DNA of 36,588 bases from a virus: the IMG/VR virus record IMGVR_UViG_3300045988_107626, positions 1-36,588 of that record. One strand, 5' to 3'. The notes under the pieces are model-generated. The model saw nothing but the letters and a program-made list of their open reading frames with translations, was not told the origin of the DNA and searched no databases. Below are positions 17,188-23,042 of this stretch, piece by piece. The stretch's first letter is position 1. Each line of letters opens with the position of its first letter. A program made the position numbers and the translations under genes.

Positions 17188-17405
17188 TGCGCCACCCGTG
17201 CGCCACTAGCAATGCTACACCCTGCGACATCCTGACATATGGGAGAGGGAGGGACGAGGGCGCGAAAACCGCGCGAGGGCAATGAAAACCCCGGAATCTC
17301 AATGAGATTCCGGGGTGTGTGTGGAGATGGGGGGAATCGAAACGGATGCCCCTAATCACAACGGAAAGTGCATGCGCCGCCTCATGCGCGCCACTACAGC
17401 GCCAC
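17188..17405 (-). other. Candidate attP with a tRNA 3'-end-like core
   Basis: The minus strand reads TTCGATTCCCCCCATCTCCA (17322-17341), matching a T-loop, T-stem 3' strand, acceptor 3' strand and discriminator. It is followed by a hairpin. GCGCCAC direct repeats spaced 11 bp apart sit on both sides (17189/17200 and 17388/17399). Confidence 0.55.
17289..17315 (-). terminator. Rho-independent terminator
   Basis: Perfect 12-bp stem CCCCGGAATCTC / GAGATTCCGGGG with a 3-nt loop, followed by TTTTC on the minus strand. It lies downstream of the 17411-17872 gene and of the tRNA-like core. Confidence 0.8.
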
Positions 17406-17410
17406 AGAGT

Positions 17411-17872
17411 TTAGCGGAATATGCGGCCCCAACCGCCAGGCTTCGGGGCGGGCTGCTGAGGCGCGCCGGGCCGAGCGACCGGCACAGCAGGCGGCACTGG
17501 CGCGGGCTGGGACTGTGCGGCCTTCACGGCGGCGCGCGTGTGCGCGACAAATCGCATGAGCCCGTCGACGGCTTTGCGCTCGAAATGGAGAGTCAGCAGG
17601 GCGCTGCGGGTTTCGATCATGAGCCACTTGTCACCGCCGCTCTTTTTCTTCGCAGCAAGCGCGAAGATACCGAGCGCGACGAGGCGCGTCGCAGTCACGC
17701 GCGCCTGCGCCGCTTCGCCGTCCTCGACCTCGATACTGACGACGTCGGTCAGCGGGATGCGCTGGATTGGTTCGCCGCGCCGCTTCGAGTCGTAGAGCAG
17801 CTCGGTGTCGGTGCAGATGATCTCCGCAGGATCGGATGAGTAGAGCCGGAAGGCTCCTTTGGGTCGGTGCAT
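17411..17872 (-). CDS. Hypothetical protein with bacterial PH-like N-terminal region and Pro-rich tail (153 aa)
   Basis: Strong RBS AAAGGAGGAG. Co-oriented with and directly downstream of the repressor gene. I could make no confident family call. Confidence 0.6.
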   Translation of the reverse strand: MHRPKGAFRLYSSDPAEIICTDTELLYDSKRRGEPIQRIPLTDVVSIEVEDGEAAQARVTATRLVALGIFALAAKKKSGGDKWLMIETRSALLTLHFERKAVDGLMRFVAHTRAAVKAAQSQPAPVPPAVPVARPGAPQQPAPKPGGWGRIFR

Positions 17873-17935
17873 AGCTCCTCCTTTGAGCGCGGCCTGCCTT
17901 ATGGACAGCGTACAGCTCGCGCGAGGACGTGGAGG

Positions 17936-18202
17936 CTATTCCGGAGAGGCTTCGTCCGCGAGGCGCTGCTCCGCCTCGGCAGCTACATCGGCGCCGCTGA
18001 CTCCGAGGGCTGCGCACATCGCGCCGAAGTCGCTCATCGTGCAAACCGTGTCGCCAGCAAAGATCTTGTAGCAGCGCGCGCGAGTGATGCCGGCGCGCTC
18101 AGCGAGGCGGTCGATAGTGAGGTCCAGACTTTGCAGACGCTCCTTGAGTACAGCTAAGACAGCGCGTTCAAAGGGACTCGATTTAAGAGATCTGCTTCCC
18201 AT
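17936..18202 (-). CDS. CI-like immunity repressor, HTH (88 aa)
   Basis: LTIDRLAERAGITRARCYKIFAG is an HTH motif. It is divergent from the cro-like gene across an AT-rich operator region. Start taken at ATG 18202. Confidence 0.7.
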   Translation of the reverse strand: MGSRSLKSSPFERAVLAVLKERLQSLDLTIDRLAERAGITRARCYKIFAGDTVCTMSDFGAMCAALGVSGADVAAEAEQRLADEASPE

Positions 18203-18317
18203 GAGGTAAGCATATCTACTTTTGTAGACCCATGTCACATGAAAACGAGTTGCAAAATCTCTATTTGTAGACTTATATAGTAGTCATTGGTCTACAAATG
18301 TAGAAAGGAACCATGAG
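18203..18317. promoter_or_regulatory. Genetic switch region with three 14-bp operators
   Basis: TCTAC-TTTT-GTAGA (18215-18228), TCTCT-ATTT-GTAGA (18258-18271) and TCTAC-AAAT-GTAGA (18291-18304). Rightward promoter: -35 TTGCAA (18250-18255), -10 TATATA/TATAGT (18074 region is not meant; the hexamer lies at 18274-18281). This is the most AT-rich stretch of the window. Confidence 0.7.
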
Positions 18318-18641
18318 ATGACGGTCGCAGCCGTAATCAAGGGCATGGCCCGTGAGCAGGGCGTATCGCAGACGGAGCTTGCTGCTCGCGCTCGCATGAG
18401 CCGCGCAAGCCTGTCTCTCAAGCTCAACGAGCGCCGAGATCTGACCTTGCCAGAGGTTGAGCGCCTCGCAGCAGTGCTCGGAACCTCCGTCCGCGAGCTC
18501 CTCGACCGAGTCGAGCGCACCACTGAGACCGCGCCTGCAGCCGAGAAATCGCGAGGCTACGCGATCGCCGATAAGGCGACCGGCGTCGTGGTCCTCCAGG
18601 CCTCGCACGGCAGCATCTACGACGAGGATGTCCCGGCATGA
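18318..18641 (+). CDS. Cro-like / XRE-family HTH regulator (107 aa)
   Basis: GVSQTELAARARMSRASLSLKLNERRDLTLPEVERLAAVL is a Cro/C1 HTH. First gene of the rightward operon. Confidence 0.75.
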   Translation: MTVAAVIKGMAREQGVSQTELAARARMSRASLSLKLNERRDLTLPEVERLAAVLGTSVRELLDRVERTTETAPAAEKSRGYAIADKATGVVVLQASHGSIYDEDVPA

Positions 18642-18823
18642 GCGCCGTCGTCGCGGTGACCATCGGCCTGATTCTCGCGGTCGCCGCAATACCTGTCATC
18701 GTATGCGTCGTATACCTCACGGGTATCTACGCAGGGGATGCGCTCGACCGCCTCGTTTGTATGGGCCTAGACGCGGGTGATCGGATCGCCGAAATGATCG
18801 ATGGGGAGGTGCCCGGGAAATGA
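18638..18823 (+). CDS. Small membrane protein (61 aa)
   Basis: ATGA coupling; hydrophobic N-terminal 30 aa. Confidence 0.5.
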   Translation: MSAVVAVTIGLILAVAAIPVIVCVVYLTGIYAGDALDRLVCMGLDAGDRIAEMIDGEVPGK

Positions 18824-19041
18824 CCGCCGCTGCACCGTTCGCGCCGGAGCGCTGGTACTCCGCGCAGCAGGTCCAGGAAACCCTCAGCCTCTCCCGCTCA
18901 ACCGTCGAGCGCCTCGGAGTCGAAGGCAAGGTCGCCGCAATCAAGATCGGCCGATCTGTCCGATACAGCGGCGACGACCTCAACCGCCAGTGCCAGAGCC
19001 TCGGCTCCGGCCTCGCCGAAAAGAAGAGCTCCCAGCGGTAG
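18820..19041 (+). CDS. Excisionase-type HTH DNA-binding protein (73 aa)
   Basis: WYSAQQVQETLSLSRSTVERLGVEGKVAAIKIGRSVRY is an HTH_17/AlpA-Xis-type motif. Lies in the early operon, the usual RDF position. Confidence 0.65.
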   Translation: MTAAAPFAPERWYSAQQVQETLSLSRSTVERLGVEGKVAAIKIGRSVRYSGDDLNRQCQSLGSGLAEKKSSQR

Positions 19042-19086
19042 AAGCGCTGGGAGCGGCAGAACCCCTAGAGAAAGAAGGAAGATTCC

Positions 19087-19299
19087 ATGAACCAGAATAC
19101 CACACACCGCCGCCACCTGCGGCCCTGGCGGACCCTCATCGGAGGCGCGTCACTCGCCGCCGCCCTCACCCTCGGTTTCGCGATGCGGGGCCTTGACAAC
19201 CCCGACGGCCTGCCCGAGTGGACCTTCTTCCCCGCCATCGGACTCCTCGCGCTCGCGGTTTGCTTGATCCGCGCGGACTGGAAGGCGGGCAGACTGTGA
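19087..19299 (+). CDS. Membrane protein (70 aa, two TM segments)
   Basis: RBS GAAGGAAG; two hydrophobic helices. Confidence 0.5.
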   Translation: MNQNTTHRRHLRPWRTLIGGASLAAALTLGFAMRGLDNPDGLPEWTFFPAIGLLALAVCLIRADWKAGRL

Positions 19300-19682
19300 G
19301 CGCCTCGGTCATCTTCGTCGTCATTGTCCTCCTCTTCGTCGGCTGCGGACTGCTGACCTGGATCGCCGTTCGAGGCGCATCGCGCGCAGCCTCCATCGAG
19401 GAGATCGCCGCCCGCATGCAGCGCTCCGCGTCGAAGGCCAGGGCGAAGGGCACGACGTTGCTCGAACGTCACGTCGGCTTCGATTACTACGACGTGGATG
19501 GCGAGGCGCCGCTGCCTCATCTGATCTGCCTGGCGACGCAGGACGTGGTCATGGAGGCAGAGCTCAACAACTGTTACGCGCTGGATACGCCGAAGATCGC
19601 GGTCGATCTCGACCGTCATCAGATCCACGTCACCCTCGAAGTTCTCCGGCTCGACGGCCCGCGCATGGACGTGCGCGCCTGA
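19296..19682 (+). CDS. Membrane-anchored hypothetical protein (128 aa)
   Basis: GTGA coupling at 19296. N-terminal TM segment VIFVVIVLLFVGCGLLTWIAV. Confidence 0.5.
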   Translation: MSASVIFVVIVLLFVGCGLLTWIAVRGASRAASIEEIAARMQRSASKARAKGTTLLERHVGFDYYDVDGEAPLPHLICLATQDVVMEAELNNCYALDTPKIAVDLDRHQIHVTLEVLRLDGPRMDVRA

Positions 19683-19726
19683 CAACCTCAGACCTACTGC
19701 AAACCCCACGAAACAAAGGAAAACCA

Positions 19727-21016
19727 ATGAACGCCAAATACTGGGCGGCGGGAGCTGCCCTCACCATCGCGGCCCTAGCGCTGCCCTACGGCGCCGCATA
19801 CGCCGCCGCCGAGGCCGCGCCAGCCATGACCGCGCAGGTCACGAAGGCGACATCATCCTCCCGTCAGACCTCGTCCGAGGTCGCAGTCGAGGGCACCTGG
19901 TCAACGCCGAAGCTCACAGTTGGCCAGCACTTCACCGTCGCCAGCAAGGACGGCGGCTTCAAGTGGCTGGCCAGCTTCCCGTTCGTCCTCGACGACGGGA
20001 CCAAGATCGGCGACTGCGAGGCCAACGAGGCGACGCTGACCTGCACGGTCGACGAAGTCCCCGCGTCCTACGCGGACAAGACCGACGTGACCGGAAACTT
20101 CCATGCCCGCGCGCGTCTCTCGGACGCCGCAGTCGGCACCGAGGATACACAGATCGTCGTGAACGGCGAAGTCACGCGCACGCTCGTCTGGGGCGACCGC
20201 GACGGCTCGGGCACCTGCACGAACGATTGCTCGTCGCCCGCGCACTTCGAGTACGCCGCGCCCGAAACGATTAAATTCGGGTGGACCAATCCCGACAAGT
20301 CGATCAGCTGGGGCATCAAGTGGGCCGTCGAAGCTGGCAAGACCTACACGCTGACGGACGAGACGAACGCTCTCCCGAAGGCCGTGAAGTGCAGTAGCGG
20401 TCCGACCTGGGATCCGGCGACTACGACCTGGACCGACGGCACGCTCGACGAGGCCGCGCACACGCTGACGTTCACGCCGCCCGCAGGCTCGCTGGTCTGC
20501 ATCGTGTACCCGGCTACGTCCCCGCACGTCGAGGGCCAGGGCACCTACACCAACCGCGCGACGATCAACGGCAAGAGCCTTGAGGCAACCGCGACGATCA
20601 AGGCCTCGGGCGGCACCGACGGCGACGGCAAGACCAAGCCGAAGCCGACCCCGGTCCCAGTCCCCACGCCTGACCCGAGCATGCCGACACCCGCGCCGGT
20701 CCCGTCTCCTCTCCCGAAGCCGTCGCCGAAGCCGACCCCGGCCCCGGTTCCGACTCCATCGGATGAGCCGCAGTCTGCGCCGACCCCGACGCCTACTCCT
20801 ACGACCGCGCCGACGCCGGGCACGGTGAAGCCCGCGCCGAAGCATGAGGCCGTGCCGGCTACTGCTCCGGCCCCGCAGGAGCGCCTCGCCAAGACTGGCG
20901 CGACCTCCAGCGGACTTTTGCTGATGATCGGCGCGATCCTGGGCGGCGCAGGCGCTGGCCTGCTCCTCCTCCGACTTCTTGAAGGCCCCGCGAGCAAGAA
21001 GGGAGAAAAGCTGTGA
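19727..21016 (+). CDS. Cell-wall-anchored surface protein with LAXTG sorting signal, adhesin-like (429 aa)
   Basis: N-terminal signal peptide (AALTIAALALPYGAAYAAAEA). Beta-rich domain with Cys pairs. PT/PK-rich stalk. LAKTG motif, then a hydrophobic helix and the basic tail KKGEKL. Confidence 0.85.
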   Translation: MNAKYWAAGAALTIAALALPYGAAYAAAEAAPAMTAQVTKATSSSRQTSSEVAVEGTWSTPKLTVGQHFTVASKDGGFKWLASFPFVLDDGTKIGDCEANEATLTCTVDEVPASYADKTDVTGNFHARARLSDAAVGTEDTQIVVNGEVTRTLVWGDRDGSGTCTNDCSSPAHFEYAAPETIKFGWTNPDKSISWGIKWAVEAGKTYTLTDETNALPKAVKCSSGPTWDPATTTWTDGTLDEAAHTLTFTPPAGSLVCIVYPATSPHVEGQGTYTNRATINGKSLEATATIKASGGTDGDGKTKPKPTPVPVPTPDPSMPTPAPVPSPLPKPSPKPTPAPVPTPSDEPQSAPTPTPTPTTAPTPGTVKPAPKHEAVPATAPAPQERLAKTGATSSGLLLMIGAILGGAGAGLLLLRLLEGPASKKGEKL

Positions 21017-21342
21017 AGTTCGAGAAGGCACTCGAAAACCCGGTAACGCTCACCCTCGAAGCAGCCGACGTTTTCTACCTGCGCGATTTCCTGTACGAGG
21101 AGAGCATCAGTGCCGAGGTCGATTTCGACAACGTCGAGACCCTGCACAACGACAGAGCTCGCCAAGCAGCGAAGATGACCCTCAGCCGCGAGCACACGAA
21201 GATGACGAAGATCATCGACGCCCTGGACGCAACCCTGGACGCAACCGAGGGTCGCGTTGTCGTCGCAAAGAAGATCGCGTCCATGACCGACCCCATGCAG
21301 GCCGCTGATGAAGTCGGTACCTCGACGGAGGAGGGGAAGTGA
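21013..21342 (+). CDS. Hypothetical acidic protein (109 aa)
   Basis: GTGA coupling; coding-like codon usage. Confidence 0.5.
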   Translation: MKFEKALENPVTLTLEAADVFYLRDFLYEESISAEVDFDNVETLHNDRARQAAKMTLSREHTKMTKIIDALDATLDATEGRVVVAKKIASMTDPMQAADEVGTSTEEGK

Positions 21343-21590
21343 TGACTCGATACATCGCGGTCTATCTCGACACCGCTCAGGTGCAAGCGCTGCGAGACGA
21401 CGCTCAGGAAACGGTCCTCGCCGCTGATGAGGATCTGGAGGTCACGAAGCAGATCAACGACCTGACCGCCCGCCGTCTCGCTCGCGAAGCGATCGACAAG
21501 AAGCGCGACCTGTACCTCGAGATCGTCGGAAAGCTCCAGGAAGCATCCGAGCGCCTCAACGTCGGTGAGGGCGACTACATCGACGAATGA
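21342..21590 (+). CDS. Hypothetical protein (82 aa; alternative GTG start at 21339)
   Basis: RBS GGAGGAGG 7 nt upstream of the ATG at 21342 (TGATG overlap). Confidence 0.5.
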   Translation: MTRYIAVYLDTAQVQALRDDAQETVLAADEDLEVTKQINDLTARRLAREAIDKKRDLYLEIVGKLQEASERLNVGEGDYIDE

Positions 21591-21764
21591 GCACACTCCC
21601 CGATGAGCGCGGCCAACGGGGAGGCCACCCGCCACCAAGAAAACGAGGCGGGACAGGCTAAAGATCGCGCAGCCCGACTAGCAGACTCCCGGGTGCAAGT
21701 CCCGGGCGGGCACGAAGCCCGCGCCACGAGCGTAGGGCAAAACACCCCTAGAGAAGGACCAAAG
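21591..21764 (+). other. Structured 174-nt intergenic region (five consecutive hairpins)
   Basis: Stems at 21596-21602/21617-21623, 21628-21633/21647-21652, 21688-21693/21701-21706, 21706-21711/21717-21722 and 21733-21737/21746-21750. Confidence 0.4.
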
Positions 21765-22118
21765 ATGACCACCATCAACGAGATCAAGGACCGGCTGGAC
21801 GCCGTTGCGTTCGCTGGGCGCAGCTACGCCGGAGCCGACCGCGCCGCGATCGCGAAGGCCTACACAGACGCTGTCACCGCGTTCGACCAGAACGCAGCCG
21901 TGGATATGGTGTACCTGCTCGACCGTGTCGAGGAGCTGCAGGACGCGATCGCCGTCGCAGCTTCGGACCTCGCCGACGTAGCAAGCTACGTCGCCGCCAG
22001 GTACGCCGGCACACCCGACGAAGCCAGCGAAATCCGCCTAGCAATCGGCGAACCAATCGACGCCCTAGTCAACGTCTCACAGGGCACACCGATCACACCC
22101 GAGGAGGCCGGGGAATGA
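21765..22118 (+). CDS. Hypothetical protein (117 aa)
   Basis: ATG 21765 follows RBS AGAAGGA. The ORF-track start at 21603 has no RBS. Confidence 0.55.
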   Translation: MTTINEIKDRLDAVAFAGRSYAGADRAAIAKAYTDAVTAFDQNAAVDMVYLLDRVEELQDAIAVAASDLADVASYVAARYAGTPDEASEIRLAIGEPIDALVNVSQGTPITPEEAGE

Positions 22119-22417
22119 GCGGCGCCGGCCTCCTCAGCATCGAGTGGGAGATCGCCGACCAGCATCTCCCCATGCCTCATATCGTCGCGACGGCCTGCGC
22201 CGCGTTCGTCGAGGAAGCAGAACGCCGCGGACTCGTCATCCGCTCCGGACCCTCACCTTCCGTCCTGCACGAGCTCCGGATCGTGCGAGTCACCGGCAAG
22301 GTCACCCGCCAGGACGACGAAACCCCCGAGCCGCAGCCACCACACACACTGCGACGCTGCCCCGCCTGCGGCGTACACATCTACGACCTCACCGACATCG
22401 AAGGAGCCGAGCAATGA
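22115..22417 (+). CDS. Hypothetical protein with C-terminal CxxC (100 aa)
   Basis: ATGA coupling; high GC3. Confidence 0.5.
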   Translation: MSGAGLLSIEWEIADQHLPMPHIVATACAAFVEEAERRGLVIRSGPSPSVLHELRIVRVTGKVTRQDDETPEPQPPHTLRRCPACGVHIYDLTDIEGAEQ

Positions 22418-22656
22418 TCGAAATCAAGCAGGCGCGCAACGTCCCCGGCTTCCGCTTCTGCCCTGTCTGCCGCACGCGCCTCGCGCCGAAAGGCTCGAAC
22501 GTCCGTGTCACAATCGACGCCGAAAACGAAGCCACCGCAATCGAGCACATCACGCACAAAGCCTGCGCACAAACCGTCATCGCCTTCACCCGCGATCGCG
22601 GCTACACGCCTGCCGAGCTCGCGGAGGTCGGCATCTGGGCTGAGGAGCAGCGATGA
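22414..22656 (+). CDS. Hypothetical zinc-ribbon-like protein (80 aa)
   Basis: ATGA coupling at 22414; CPVCRT motif. The upstream part of ORF 22144-22656 is Arg-rich junk. Confidence 0.5.
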   Translation: MIEIKQARNVPGFRFCPVCRTRLAPKGSNVRVTIDAENEATAIEHITHKACAQTVIAFTRDRGYTPAELAEVGIWAEEQR

Positions 22657-23042
22657 GGCTCCCAATCAGGATTCAGCGCCGCCGCGCTCGCGGCTGGCGT
22701 ATGCCCGCGCATACGAAGTATGTGGGCAGGGGGAGCCTGTACGGGAACCCTTACCGAGTCGCCCGGTCGGCGCGTGAGCTTGAAGAGGGCGGCGAGCTTG
22801 TTGTCGCATCGGCGGATGAGGCTGTCGCTCGGTATCGCGAGTGGATCGAGCAGACGCGAGAAGGTCGGTTCGTAGCGTCGTGCGCAGCCCGGAATTTGTG
22901 GGGCTTGGACCTGGCTTGCTGGTGCAAGCTCGATCAGCCTTGCCATGCAGATGTGCTCTTGGAGATCGCGAACCCGCGCGGTGAGCGCGAGTTCGAGAAC
23001 CGCTATTACAGGATGTGGGACCGAGACGAGGCCGAAGAATGA
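22653..23042 (+). CDS. DUF4326-family protein (129 aa)
   Basis: GRGSLYGNPY ... LACWCKLDQPCHADVLLEIAN matches the DUF4326 signature as I recall it. Confidence 0.7.
   Translation: MRLPIRIQRRRARGWRMPAHTKYVGRGSLYGNPYRVARSARELEEGGELVVASADEAVARYREWIEQTREGRFVASCAARNLWGLDLACWCKLDQPCHADVLLEIANPRGEREFENRYYRMWDRDEAEE

Noticed and set aside
17141-17359. N-terminal extension of the integrase ORF across the attP region.
   Set aside because: The ATG at 17140 has a GAGGAGG RBS and begins the conserved integrase N-terminus. The extension runs through a terminator hairpin and the tRNA-like core.
20630-20830. Repetitive CCGACGCC / CCGAAGCC-type DNA, which looked like a possible CRISPR array or tandem repeat.
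   Set aside because: It is the in-frame PT/PK-rich stalk of the LAXTG protein. There is no regular repeat-spacer periodicity.
21688-21722. tRNA T-arm-like hairpin (CCCGGG-TGCAAGT-CCCGGG) followed by GCGGGCA, which looked like a possible tRNA or tmRNA-like gene.
   Set aside because: No complementary 5' acceptor strand, D-arm or anticodon arm could be built from the 48-70 nt upstream.
21603-21764. ORF-track start at 21603 for the 21765-22118 gene.
   Set aside because: There is no SD upstream, and the ATG sits in the loop of a hairpin. The ATG at 21765 has AGAAGGA at the proper distance. This is not fully excluded; see the finding on the structured region.
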